Positions 27,908 through 40,937 are shown, counted from the first letter of the stretch. The stretch: DNA of 64,000 bases from Octopus vulgaris (GCA_951406725.2 OX597821.1:73656001-73720000), one strand, 5' to 3'. The notes: generated by a model from the letters alone, not told the origin. Numbers and translations are program-made.

Positions 27908-28422
27908 TCAACAATACCTATTTCTTTATTACCCACAAGGGGCTAAACACAGTGGAGACAAACAAGGACAGACATAGGTATTAAGTCGATTACATCGACC
28001 CCAGTGCGTAACTGGTACTTAATTTATCGACCCCGAAAGGATGAAAGGCAAAGTCGACCTCGGCGGAATTTGAACTCAACAATACCTATTTCTTTATTAC
28101 CCACAAGGGGCTAAACACAGAGGAGACAAACAAGGACAGACAGACGGATTAAGTCGATTATATCGACCCCAGTGCGTAACTGGTACTTAATTTATCGACC
28201 CCGAAAGGATGAAAGGCAAAGTCGACCTCGGCGGAATTTGAACTCAACAATACCTATTTCTTTATTACCCACAAGGGGCTAAACACAGAGGAGACAAACA
28301 AGGACAGACAGACGGATTAAGTCGATTATATCGACCCCAGTGCGTAACTGGTACTTAATTTATCGACCCCGAAAGGATGAAAGGCAAAGTCGACCTCGGC
28401 GGAATTTGAACTCAACAATACC
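27908..28422 (-). mobile_element. Tandem array of three 157-bp SINE-B units separated by an 11-bp direct repeat
   Basis: TCAACAATACC at 27908, 28076, 28244 and 28412 (period 168); the units lie between. Confidence 0.95.
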
Positions 28423-28553
28423 AACGCCTAAAAATGCTGGTGGAATCTCGAAGGTTGCTTTGTTCTGCTACGTTTGCAAATATGGAAGCTCGCTAGAATA
28501 TAATGCCTAGAATACAAACTTAGAAGAGCCGGCTCGCCGTAAGTAATGGCGGA

Positions 28554-28792
28554 TACTCTTTACTCTTTTACTCTTTTACTTGTTTCAGTCATTTGTCTGC
28601 GGCCATGCTGGAGCACCGCCTTTAATCGAGCAACTCGACCCCGGGACTTATTCTTTTGTAAGCCCAGTACTTATTCTATCGGTCTCTTTTGCCGAACCGC
28701 TAGGTAACGGGGACATAAACACACCAGCATCGGTTGTCAAGCAATGCTAGGGGGACAAACACAGACACACAAACACACACGCGCATATATTC

Positions 28793-28823
<31 letters not shown>

Positions 28824-28990
28824 TACGACAGGCTTCTTTTCAGTTTCCGTCTACCAAATCCACTCACAAGGCTTTGGTCGGCCCGAGGCTATAGTAGAAG
28901 ACACTTGCCCAAGGTGCCACGCAGTGGGACTGAACCCGGAACCATGTGGTTGGTAAGCAAGCTACTTACCACACAGCCACTCTTGCGCCT
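28554..28990 (-). mobile_element. SINE family A, young full-length copy
   Basis: Best-preserved copy; tail ends in (AGTAAAAG)n-like repeats. Confidence 0.95.
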
Positions 28991-29044
28991 ATAAATAAAC
29001 AACATTTAGGTGTTAGGTGAAAGTCGCTTTAATATAAAATATAC

Positions 29045-29582
29045 CGGCAAAATATTTAGCACGGCGGGTAAAACGCTCAGCGTTATTTCGTCTGTCGTTC
29101 AAATTCCGCTGAGGTCGACTTTGCCTTTCATCCTTTCGGGGTCGATTAAATAAGTACCAGTAACGCACTGGGGTCGATATAATCGACTTAATCCGTTTGT
29201 CTGTCCTTGTTTGTCCCCTCTGTGTATAGCTCCTTGTTGGTAGTAAAGAAATAGGTATTTCGTCTGTCTTTACATTCTGTGTTCAAATTTCACCAAGGTC
29301 GACTTTGCTTTTAATCCTTTCGGGGTCGATAAATAAAGTACCAGTTACGCACTGTGGTCGATATAATCGACTTAATCCGTTTGTCTGTCCTTGTTTGTCC
29401 CCTCTGTGTTTAGCTCCTTGTGGGTAGTAAAGAAATAGGTATTTCGTCTGTCTTTACATTCTGTGTTCAAATTTCACCAAGGTCGACTTTGCTTTTCATC
29501 TTTTCGGGATCGATAAGTAGGTGGACGTTGGGTAGCGTGGTCAATCTAATCGACTTAACAACTCCCTTAAAATTTGAAACCG
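29045..29582 (+). mobile_element. Composite SINE family B: old copy with two long-tail units inserted
   Basis: TATTTCGTCTGTC recurs at 29084, 29256 and 29440; the first two units end in GTAAAGAAATA. Confidence 0.9.
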
Positions 29583-30317
29583 ATATAAAGTATGCTTTTA
29601 TCTCTCCATTTACCCTAAATGATCCTCAAGACTACACAGTGACTCAAAGAAAGAGACCTATGAAGCAAGTAAAGATACTCCACAGATTTTCCTTCCTCTG
29701 ATGATCCGGCAGTTCTTTTCATTCGAACACCTTCGCAGCATACTCTTGAATTTGCTGCAACTCGTCAGAATAATTAAACCATGACGGTACGTGACATTAG
29801 GTTTAATTCTAAAGCATTTCCACATTTGTATTACTATAGTTAAATGATGGGAGAATGTCCGAAACGTCAAAACACTTTCTCGCCCATTCAAAAGTTAAAC
29901 CAATGCAACATTCTGTTAAGACTTGTCCCTCCTGTGTTGCCCTCTTTTTGTGCACATTGCTTTCTATATATATGAGTGCGTGTGAATGCTTGTGTGTGTA
30001 CGCTTGTATATTTTTGACTTATATTGCTTTGGCAAGAAATTTGATATGCGTCCACGTGCTGAGTGTAAAACGATTACATACAAGAATCAGTTATTTAAGA
30101 AGTCAGAAAAACCACTAAACCATTAAACCAAGAGGCAAAATATATATATATAAACATATATACGCACACACACAGACACACACTCATATATATATACATA
30201 TATATACGTATATATATGTGTGTCAGTGTTTGTGTGTGTATATGTTTGTGTGTGTGTATATATATATATACACACACATACATACACAAATATATGTACA
30301 TGTATATATATAAATAC

Positions 30318-30677
30318 ATGTAGTAAGAAGTTTGCTTCCCAACCACGAGGTTCCGGGTTCAGCCCCACTGTGTGACACCTTGGCCAAGTGTCTTCTACTA
30401 TAGTCTCGGGCCGACCAAAGCCTTGTGAGTTCATATATATATATGTGTGTGTGTGTGTGTGTTTGTATGTGTGTGTGTTTGTCTCCGCGCCATCGCTTAA
30501 CAACTGATGTTGGTATGTTTATGTCTCCGTAACGAAGCGATTTGGCAAAAAAGGGATAGACAGAATAAGTACAAGGCTAATAAAGAATAAGTCCTGGGGA
30601 CGATTTGTTCGACCAAAGGCGGTGCTCCAGCATGGCCGCAGTCAAATGATAGAAACAAGTAAAAGAATAAAAGAATA
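30318..30677 (+). mobile_element. SINE family A
   Basis: Head and tail match family A. Confidence 0.9.
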
Positions 30678-30719
30678 TATACTTGTATGTACATTGTGTA
30701 TAAGTGACCAAGTTCACAA

Positions 30720-30895
30720 CCTGTTCTCCTGAACAGGATGACTGTCCATGGCAGGGTTAGCCCTCATTTACAGCCGAGTCGACTGGAACAATGTGAAATG
30801 AAGGGTTTTGTTCAAGAACACCAAGCAACGCTCGGTCCAGGTTTCGAAACCACAGTCTTGGTCTCGCGAGTGCATCACTAACCATTAAGCCCCGT
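30720..30895 (-). mobile_element. tRNA-derived SINE (family C-related head)
   Basis: Reverse complement GGCTTAATGGTTAG...GTTTCGAAACC...GTGTTCTTGAACAAAAC. Confidence 0.7.
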
Positions 30896-31143
30896 AATAC
30901 GAAACACTCGGCAAAGTAGAACATCAACGCACATATACATGTATGTGTGCGTGCGCTTGTGTGTGTGTGTGTAAATCTCCCACATATACACGCACGTGTG
31001 GAGGCATTCTTGAGGATTTGCAGGTGGATAGAAACGTCTCTTCGTAGTCTGTCAATACCGAAGACTGTCAAATCTATCAGATCTATTCTCTCGTTTCTAT
31101 GACCTGATGTACTTAACACCTTACACACATACGTGTGTTTGTA

Positions 31144-31200
<57 letters not shown>

Positions 31201-31258
31201 ATATATATATATAAAAAAAAAACATATATATATATATATATAATATAAAAAAACATAT

Positions 31259-31336
<78 letters not shown>

Positions 31337-31376
31337 GTACTTATATATATATATATATATATAGATAGATAAGTAC

Positions 31377-31409
<33 letters not shown>

Positions 31410-31419
31410 CACACGCACG

Positions 31420-31450
<31 letters not shown>

Positions 31451-31936
31451 TTATAAAGAGAAGAGAGAGAGAAAGAAAGAAAGCGGGACAGGAAGAAAGA
31501 TTGGGTTGAGAGAGATGTAAGGTGCAGAAAAGGCCAATGAAAGAGGAGGCAGAACGCGGCAATTGTGCGATCGGCAGAAACAATGTCAGCGAGAGATAAA
31601 GAACAATGTGATTAGCATGAACATTTCACAGCAATCAGGTTGATCAATAAGACAGCATAGAGTGGCTAGCCAGCAGTTTATCGAAGAGAGAGAGTCAGGC
31701 CACCCACCACACACAATGAATGGAAACCGAAGGCCTTCCGGTTGTAATCGATAAACAATTTAGAAGACAATACCTGTTTGCAGACAGGTTCATCACATGC
31801 TCTGCCTCTTAATTGCTACGTTGCACTGCTTCGAGTCATGTTTGAAAAACACTGAAAAGCATTCCGTAAAGTTTATAGACGTGTGAGAGACATACGGGAT
31901 GGGTAGGCAGGTGTGCATGTAGGTGCGTTGCATCCC

Positions 31937-31939
<3 letters not shown>

Positions 31940-32032
<93 letters not shown>
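31940..32032. repeat. (TAA)n microsatellite
   Basis: Direct reading. Confidence 0.98.
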
Positions 32033-32033
<1 letters not shown>

Positions 32034-32052
32034 TATTATTACTATTATTATC

Positions 32053-32266
32053 ATTTCAAATTTTTTTCCACAAGGGCAGTTTGGGGGAAAGTGGGGATGT
32101 GTCGATTATATGGACTCCAGTGTTCAACTGGTACTTATTTAATCGATCCCGAAAAGTTGAAAGGCAAAGTCGACCTCGGCGGAATTTTGAACTCAGAACG
32201 TAGCGTCGGGTGAAATTCTGCTAAGCATTTCATCCAGCGCGTTAACGGTTCTGCCAGCACACCGCC

Positions 32267-32306
<40 letters not shown>

Positions 32307-32895
32307 TGGTTTCAAATTTTGGCACAAGGCCAGCAATGTCAAGGGTAGGGAGCAATTCGATTATATCAACCCTGGTGTTCAACTAGGTACTTATTTTATC
32401 GACCACGCAAAGATGAAAGGGCAGATAGAGACTCGACGGAATTTGAGCTCAGAACGAAAAGATGTTTTTAATAACAATAGTAATAATAATAACCCTTTCT
32501 ACTATAGGCACAAAGTCTGAAATTTACAGAAGGGGATAGTCAATATCATTGACCCCAGTTCTCAGTTGGTATTTATTTTATCGATCCCGAAAGAATGAAA
32601 AGCAAAATCCACTTCGGCGGAATTTGAACTCAGCATGTAAAGACGAAATGCCGCTAAGCATTTTGCCGAGCGTGGTATCAATTCTGCCAGCTCGCCGCCT
32701 TAATAATAATAAGGTTTTTTAAATCTTGGTACAAGGCCTGCAATTTCGGGAGAGAGGGTAAGTCAATTACATCGACCCCAGTAATCAACTGGTACTTTAT
32801 TTTATCGACCCTGAAAGGATGAAAGCAAAGTCAACCTCCGGGGAATTTGAAGAAATGCTATGAAGTATTTTGTTCGACGCCCTAATGATTCTGCT
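32053..32895 (-). mobile_element. Four head-to-tail SINE family B copies
   Basis: ~32053-32269, 32308-32460, 32494-32702 and 32713-32895, each separated by TAA runs. Confidence 0.88.
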
Positions 32896-33098
32896 GTGTG
32901 GAATTATAATTACTAGGTACACATATGCTTCCGTGATTAAGATATAGCCACGCCGGCGCCTATGTTAATGCAGAACCTTGCTTCGGGTTAAGTCCCGCTG
33001 CACGGTTCCTTGGGCTGGCGGCTTCTATTATATCCCCGAGCCGGCCAAAACCTTGTGAGCGAATTTCGTAGACGAAAACTATGTAGATGCCTGTTGAA

Positions 33099-33153
<55 letters not shown>

Positions 33154-33199
33154 CATATATATACATTCAACTTCTGGTCACTCCATCCAGCAATGTAAC

Positions 33200-33378
33200 T
33201 ACATACGTGCTGTTGGCGATTTCTTTTCCTTCTTTGGACATTTCCTTTTCTCCTTTCCGACGAAGAACTATGCACGAAATTTCGAACCCCACTCCTTTCA
33301 CCGACCGTCAAACTAATATATTTCTTGTGCACGTCCTTTGTTGTCCCTTCATTTTACTCGTCTATTTGAATTGATTGT
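33200..33378 (+). mobile_element. Degraded copy of hammerhead-bearing repeat (63160 family)
   Basis: TTTCCGACGAAGAACTATGCACGAAAT (33254-33280) versus TTTCTGACGAAGAGCTTTGCTCGAAAC at 63217; downstream CTAATA...TTGTTGT similar. Confidence 0.6.
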
Positions 33379-33396
33379 TTATTTAGATATAAGTGA

Positions 33397-33703
33397 AGGC
33401 GCGTGGCTTAGTGGTTAGGGCATTCGGCTCACAAACGTGAGTTCAATTCCCGGCGACGCGTTGTGTCCTTGAGAAAGACACTTTATTTCACGTTGCTCTT
33501 GTCCACTCATCTGGCAAAAATGAGTTGTACGTGTATTTCAAAGGGCCAGCCTTGTCACACTGTGTCACGCTGAATCTCCTGAGAATTACGTTAAGGGTAC
33601 ACGTGTCTGTAGAGTGCTCAGCCACTTGCACGTTAATTTCACGAACGAGCTGTTCCGTTGATCTATCAGCTGGGACCCACGTCGTCGTAACCGATGGAGT
33701 GTT
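33397..33703 (+). mobile_element. SINE family C
   Basis: A box TGGCTTAGTGG, B box GAGTTCAATTCC; body and tail shared with 49124-49507. Confidence 0.9.
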
Positions 33704-33723
33704 CTTTATATATATATATATAT

Positions 33724-33754
<31 letters not shown>

Positions 33755-33941
33755 CTGAAGATTGAAGGCTTCGAATGATTTGTCTGTGTTCCGTGTTTGT
33801 CCCTTCCTGTATTTCACGTTCTTTATATATAAAACATTTATTCTTATATATATATATTCACGAAACGCTTTCGGAAACACTACTTATTGGGACTATCTTC
33901 TTACTAAAACTAAAATTAGTCATTATAGCCTTGGCGAATAT

Positions 33942-34100
33942 GGCGGTGAGCTGGCAGAATTGTTAGCATGCCGGACAAAATATTTAGCTCTCTTTCATCC
34001 GTCTTTACGTTCTGAGCTCAAATTCCACCGTGTTCGATCTTACTTTTCTTTTTTACGATGTCGATAAAATAAGAACCACCTGAGCAGTGGCATCGATTTG
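33942..34100 (+). mobile_element. SINE family B, diverged
   Basis: GGCGGTGAGCTGGCAGAAT...ACGTTCTGAGCTCAAATTCC. Confidence 0.8.
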
Positions 34101-34962
34101 AAACCATTTTAGTCTTGGCGAGTAAAGCAACAATGCGACCCGGTTTCGATTTTCGGTCAAGGCAATTTACTTCACCTTTGTCGTTAATCCCTTTGGTAAA
34201 GGCATTGGTGTTACTACTTCCCGTACCAGCATCTCTCTAAAATGTCGATCTCTGTTTCGTTAAAAAGAAACCATCCTTGAGTGTTTTAACCATTAAGAGA
34301 TTTTAGTAAAAGCATAAACATCACAACACCTACACATGCTTTTTAAAATTATTGTCTTAAAATCACATTGAGTAATGAAAACAAGTGGTGTCATGTCGAT
34401 TAAAAAATAAATTTGATGGTCACGATTGGCCCGCTTTTGAGTATAGTTTTGCTGGATCAGAACTAAGTGTTAAGGTACACACACACGATATGGCAGCGTG
34501 TATTTCTTCAGGAAAGCCCTAAGTTAGAGCGTGTTTGTTGTCGTATATCACACCACAACAAACTAGAATCATTGATGTTTGTATAATGTATGAGTGGTGG
34601 GTAGAGGAGAGGGAAAGAAGCATTTCTACTGAGGTGGACATTATCAGAGCTTAAGTTGACATCCACCTATTGAACAGATCTAAATTAAATACACATGTAA
34701 TCCGGCAATTACCAGCACCACCACCACCATCACAACTCTAACAATAAATGTCTGCCAACTCACGCTTATTGACACTAACTGGGAGTGTCACATTAACTCC
34801 GAGTGTTGCAGTCGATGGCACAGTACGGCATTTCCCGTTGCCGCCATTCGCCTATAAACAAAGATTTGTACAACTATTGAGAGTCGAGGTGTATTAAGTC
34901 ATGTGTATTCAGGTTCTGAGGGATATGACCACCTATGAGAACTATTTCATTTTGCGCAGGTG

Positions 34963-35037
<75 letters not shown>

Positions 35038-35604
35038 TCTCTTTTCGCTCCCTCACACACATACGTACACATACACGAACTGACAGACATACACGCATTT
35101 ATAAATATAATTACGTATGTAAATATAAATCCGTTTGATTTTGTGAACGGGAGAGAAAAAAAAAGAACCCGATACATTGTGTAAAAGGTGAATAATGGTA
35201 AATAATAAAAAGGGTTACACGGGCACCTAAAGTATGTATGTGTGTGTGTATGTATAAAGGTATGTATGTATATATATATGTGTGTGTGTAAGAGAGAGAG
35301 AGAGAAAGAAAAAGAGAGAGAGAGAAAGAAAGAGAGAGAGAAGAAGAGAGAAAGAAATAGGGAAGGAGACAGAGGATAAGGAAGACAGAAAGAAAGGAAT
35401 GTGTGTATATAGATATGTGGTGATATGTGTATGCAGTTACGTGTCTGCATGTATGTATGTATGTATGTATGTATGCATGTATGTATGTATGTATGTATAT
35501 ATGTATGTGTGTATGTGTGTGTGTGTGTATGTATGTATGTGCGTATGTACGTACGTACGTGTGTGCGTGTTTTAGAGAATAATTTTGATTTACTTTCATT
35601 TTGT

Positions 35605-35810
35605 AGCTGGCAGAATCGTTTACACGCCGATTAAAATGCTTAGCGACATTTCGTCCGTCTTCACGGTCTGAGTTCAAATTCAGCCGGGGTCGACTTTGCC
35701 TTTCACCTTTTCAGGGTCGATAAATTAAGTACCAGTGAAACACTGGGTCGATGTAATCGACTCGCCCCCTCCCCCAAAATTTCAGGCCTTGTGCTTTAGT
35801 AGGAAAGATT
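35605..35810 (+). mobile_element. SINE family B (short tail) ending in (ATT)n
   Basis: AGCTGGCAGAATCG...GTCGACTTTGCCTTTC...GGCCTTGTG, then ATTATT. Confidence 0.9.
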
Positions 35811-36457
35811 ATTATTATTATTATTTTTATTGTTGTTGTTGTTTCGGTTACTATTGCTGTTATCCTTTTCCTCTTTCTTTTTCCCTCTCCCCCTCCTATT
35901 TTCCTTCCCTTCTCCTCCTCACCATCATCATCATCTTTATCATCCTACCTATTTATACTTCAATCCCACCCTGTTTAGTGTTTTATATTTCCTGAGCCAA
36001 CAACTTAGACATATATTTATTTAGAAATTATGGAAGTGTCATGGCGTCTAGTCTTCGTCCACATCACACGGTTGACGCCTCTCACGTTGTTTTCATAGAA
36101 TTGGGAAAAAAACTCCAAGTTTACACTAAGGGACCTCACTTGATACTAATCACGTGACACAGGCTAATACAATGATTCAATTCCCAACAACATTACAATG
36201 CTAATGACAATTATATCCACCTTTCTTTCCATATCTACATGAAGAAAATTCTAGCTGGGCCCCACCTGCAAAGTCATGTAGGTTTATCTTGATATGAGAT
36301 CATCATGTCACGCGCATATGGTTGTGATGCATGTGCCCGTTGTATTCTTACCAGACGAATAGTCATGATGAGTATATTGGACTTCGTATATTTATACTCC
36401 AGTGTGACTGATCGCATGTGCTGCTCTCTTACCCCCACCAAAAAAAAAAATAAAATA

Positions 36458-37268
36458 ATGGGTTGAGCTATACAGAAAAAGAAATAGACAAGGCAAAATC
36501 CTACAATATTAGAGAAACTCAGGACTTAAAGCAGAAACAAAGATTTTTAATTACAGCATAAGATCAAAGCCTTACCACTAAAAACGCATTATAAAACCAA
36601 CAAAATCACAATGAAAAGAAATACAAATAACTGTAGAATATGTGGTGATGGAGAAGACACAATAAATCATATTGTCTCTGGCTGCCCAGTCCTGGCTAAG
36701 AAGGAATATATTCATAGACACGACAGAGTTGGGACCTACATACACTGGAAGCTATGCCAACATTATGGAATAACAACAGAAAAAAGATGGTATAGGCACA
36801 CGCCAGAAAGCGTCACAGAAAACGAGAAAACAACCATACTCTGGGATATGCCAATACACACAGATAATAGACCGGATATAGTTGTCAGAGATAACCAAGA
36901 AAAAAGCCGCTTTCTAATCGCTGTATCAATACCAGCAGATGACAACGTGTCTCTAAAAGAAACGGAGAAACTTTCAAAATACAAAGACCTGGAAATAGAG
37001 GTAATTCGAATGTGGAGTCTAAAAACAGAAACAATTCATATCATAGTAGGCGCGTTAGGCATGATAAAAAAAAGTATTCAGACAAATACATAACCAAAAT
37101 ACTAAGACTAATAAGTATATATAACATACAGAAAATAGCACTACTAGGCACTGCACACATCCCACGTAAAACCCTTTCAATACAGTGAAAAATAAGAGCA
37201 TCACTACAAACCGCAGCACATACCCAAGGCACACAGATCTGCGCTCAGTAGTGAAGTGAAAGCACGTG
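36458..37268 (+). mobile_element. R4/Dong-like LINE 3' fragment (CCHC zinc knuckle + RLE)
   Basis: CRICGDGEDTINHIVSGC, RHDRVGTYIHW, NRPDIVV, KYKDLEIE..RMW, IVGALG, then a frameshift to IQKIALLGTAHI; UTR ends in (TAA)n at 37269-37335. Confidence 0.95.
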
Positions 37269-37329
<61 letters not shown>

Positions 37330-37365
37330 TAATAATGATGATGATGATGATGATGATGTTGATGT

Positions 37366-38737
37366 CATTTATTTGCCAGAAGGGCGAAGGACGAGGGGGA
37401 CAATACAAAGATAGACATAAAGTGCTGGGGTTTACATATAATGAAATGAAAGACAGTATACACGGTATACACTGAAAAAGAAGGGACATTTAAAAAAAAA
37501 AAAACGTAGCGGGGAGGCTGATAGAGTTGTGACCCTCCTGATACATGAAAGCCTCTAGGGATAATCGAGGAACCCTACTGTCCGAGATTTCCCTGAAACC
37601 CCCAAGAGCAAGTACCCTCTCCAATTCCTTCTCTCCCACTCACAGGTCTACACTTAGAGAGGTACCATCCACTCTTGCCATTTTCGCAACTTTCACCCAC
37701 CTTTCAATAAACTCACTCGAGGACAGCATTTCACTCTCCACTCACAATTTCCTTCTCAAGTGAAACTTGAAAAAGGCAATGAGAGTTTTACCAAAGAGAA
37801 ATGAATCTATCCTCATGCTTTTACGCCTTGTCCAGCAAACAACCTCTTTCGCAACGGCCAACAGACAAAGGAAAACTGTCTTGCCTGCCGACTGACGGAC
37901 CCGTCCCACACGTAACAGCAGCTGTTCAACTCAACACCATAAGTCAGCAATGCCTGAACTCTGAACGAGGGCGTGCGGAACGGTTTCGTCACTCTGCGCG
38001 TACCTCCGACAAGTCCGTCTGACATCACTACCAGGCCAAGGATATCTGGAAATTATCCATGATATTTCCAGACCGGAAAGTTCACAGGAACCGACTAGCC
38101 AGTTCATTCTCGTAGGTGCTCAGAGTCTCCCCGACAACGTCGTTGCACTTCACCGCCACTAATCCTCTATAAATTTCTAAAGTGGAGCATCCACCCGACT
38201 AGTGGAGTGTTGAGAGCGCCAGACACCCAGTCTTGGCCTTTTCTTCATCCAGGATTGCAGCTCCGTCAAGGGGACGAGTTGCGGAAAGAGGAGCCCCACA
38301 AACGGAGCTCACACACGCCCAACGTTCACAAATCGTTGCAGATGGCGTAACCTAAGCGCGTGTCTGCGCATTAGGAGCCACGGCATACCTAATCTACCAC
38401 TCAGAGGATGCTGGCAACAAACTGACCGCCTGGCCATTAGAACGGGTCCCTTCCACAAGAATTTAAATAAGAGACGCTCCAACCTGGTCAAGCAGTAACC
38501 GGGACATGGCACTACGGCCAGGTGATAAATGATAACGGAGGCGATGTAAGCATTTGCCACCTCTGTCAGACTTTTCAGGGACAGCTTCTTCGCGGCCAAT
38601 TTCTGAGTAAGACTGGCCAACCTGTTCGCCACCTCGTCCCAGTTCTTATCGACCTGGAGTTCGGGACCTAACTAGACCCCGAGCAGTTTAACTGGTCCGT
38701 CGGTCTAGTGTCCGAGGATGCCATCGTCCTGCCTCTC
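37366..38737 (-). mobile_element. Tx1/L1-clade LINE 3' portion, pseudogenised
   Basis: PVKLLGV..NWDEV..KLSLKSLTEVANAYIASVIIY..FKFLWKG..R...P..GRLGMP is the L1/Tx1 post-RT signature; C-terminus FFKFHLRRKL..FIERW; flanked by (ATG)n on both sides. Confidence 0.88.
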
Positions 38738-39405
38738 TATAATGATGATGATGATGATAATGATCATCATCATCATTAGCAGTAGTAAGAGCGTAATGGT
38801 TGCAAACGTTATTTTTTCTTTTCATTTTGTAGCGGTTGATGAAGTATTTTTGTAAAGTGCCTCTAAAGTGGTAAAAATTTCTATTGTAGGACAAAAATAC
38901 AACCCTTAACAAATAAATAAATAAATAAATAAATAAATAAACAAACAAACAAACAAATAACAAAGAAACGAAAAAAAAACCCACCAAGCAGACATTGAAT
39001 CTACTTATTGTTAAAACAAGATATTTTGCAGTACATATTTTTGCATAAATTTTCTAAAAGTGCTGAATGCACAAAACACCATATATATCTAAACACTTGT
39101 GTATATACATATGCAGACACACACACACACACGCACACCAAGATGACAGTCAAAATGGTTGGCAAGAGCAACATTCGTCCTTGCTGTGAAGGTTTTAATG
39201 GCTTAAAGTGCCAGTTTAGTTTCCATAAGTGGGTTTGGTAGAAATACAGCAACAACGTTTTCAGCTGCGACAAACGAAGAATAAAATCGCTCAAAAAAAA
39301 TAACGTAAAATGTTTCAGTTAAGAATCACGATATTTTCGTCAAATAGTTCCTCAATTATTATAGTCATTTGTATAATTGTAGATGCTTATATGTGTGCGA
39401 GTGAG

Positions 39406-39408
<3 letters not shown>

Positions 39409-39477
<69 letters not shown>
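39409..39477. repeat. (GA)n microsatellite
   Basis: Direct reading. Confidence 0.98.
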
Positions 39478-39482
<5 letters not shown>

Positions 39483-39772
39483 GTGTGTTTGTGATTTCGC
39501 TTGAATTGTTCTCTGCTTAAGTGTGTCTATATTTGACTATATGTGAAATTCTTGTGAATATTTTAGTTTCTGACAAGATACATAAAATGAGACAATAGGA
39601 TATATACACACACGCTTATATATATATATATATATATATACAAATATATTTGTGTGTATATATAACACTATAATATATTATATAAACATGTGTATTCAAT
39701 ATATATATATATATATATATGTGTGCATATATAACACTATAATATATTATATAAACATGTATACTCAATATG

Positions 39773-39823
<51 letters not shown>

Positions 39824-39952
39824 TATATATATTGCATGTGTTTGTATATACATGTGTGTGTGTATTTATATATATATAGATGTGTTTGTATCTATCTGTC
39901 CCTCTGAATATACATACACATACGTACACATTCTGTATCTCTGTGTGAGTGT

Positions 39953-40004
<52 letters not shown>

Positions 40005-40647
40005 AGAGCTAAATAACAGACGGTAGGTATTTGGTAACCTGGCAACAAGCACTCACTCTTTACCCATCCTTGTATTATTTAATAAAATAATAACATTACC
40101 AAACGTAGCAATATTTCTCAACAATATTAATATGGTCTGCTATGGAATGGACAGTGTTCCAGAGAAATTGACTAATTCCCAACTAGCTAAGCTTGCGAGG
40201 CAATTTCGATGTTCCGTTGTGGCTAAACCAGTGATGAAAGCAGGGGTCTATTGGGTAATACCTGAGGTTGTAAAAGCGATCAAAATGCAAAGCTAAAATG
40301 GATAATGGCGGTTTCTAAGGACTACAACAAGATGTATTTGTGTTATATCGGTTATAGTTTAGCTTTATATTGCATTTTGGGTTTTAGTATTTAGTCCGTG
40401 AGAAAGGAAACCTACGGTAAGGGACTAGATTTAGGTTTACAGTAAAAATAAAAAAGGTAACATAACCACAAAAAAGGGTAGAAAAAGTTTCATATTATGC
40501 CTGTACTTTTTGATATGTCCGGTGAAAATGAAAAATCTGAGAAAAGCAACATTCGAAATGAAAGGTGTAAAAATATCGAGACAAACATTTCGAAATCTGA
40601 GACAGCCGGATGTTGGTAGAAAATGAAGAGTCTGAGAAAAATACTGT

Positions 40648-40860
40648 CTCTTTTACTCTCTCTTTTCCTTGTTTCAGTTATTTGACTGCGGCCATGCTGG
40701 AGCACCACCTTTATTCGAGAAAATCGACCTCGGGACTTACTCTTTGTAAACCTAGTACTTATTCTATCGGTCTCTTTTCCCGAACCGCTAAGTTACGGGG
40801 ACGTAAACACACCAGCATCAGTTATCAAGCGATGTTGGGTGGACAAACACAGACACACAA

Positions 40861-40937
<77 letters not shown>

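Noticed and set aside
27908-28422. CRISPR-like repeat-spacer appearance
   Set aside because: The repeat is 11 bp, the 'spacers' are near-identical SINE pieces, the context is eukaryotic and there are no cas genes.
40130-40295. Possible RTE-like LINE relic (VCYGMDS...QLAKL)
   Set aside because: The resemblance is too weak to support without an alignment.
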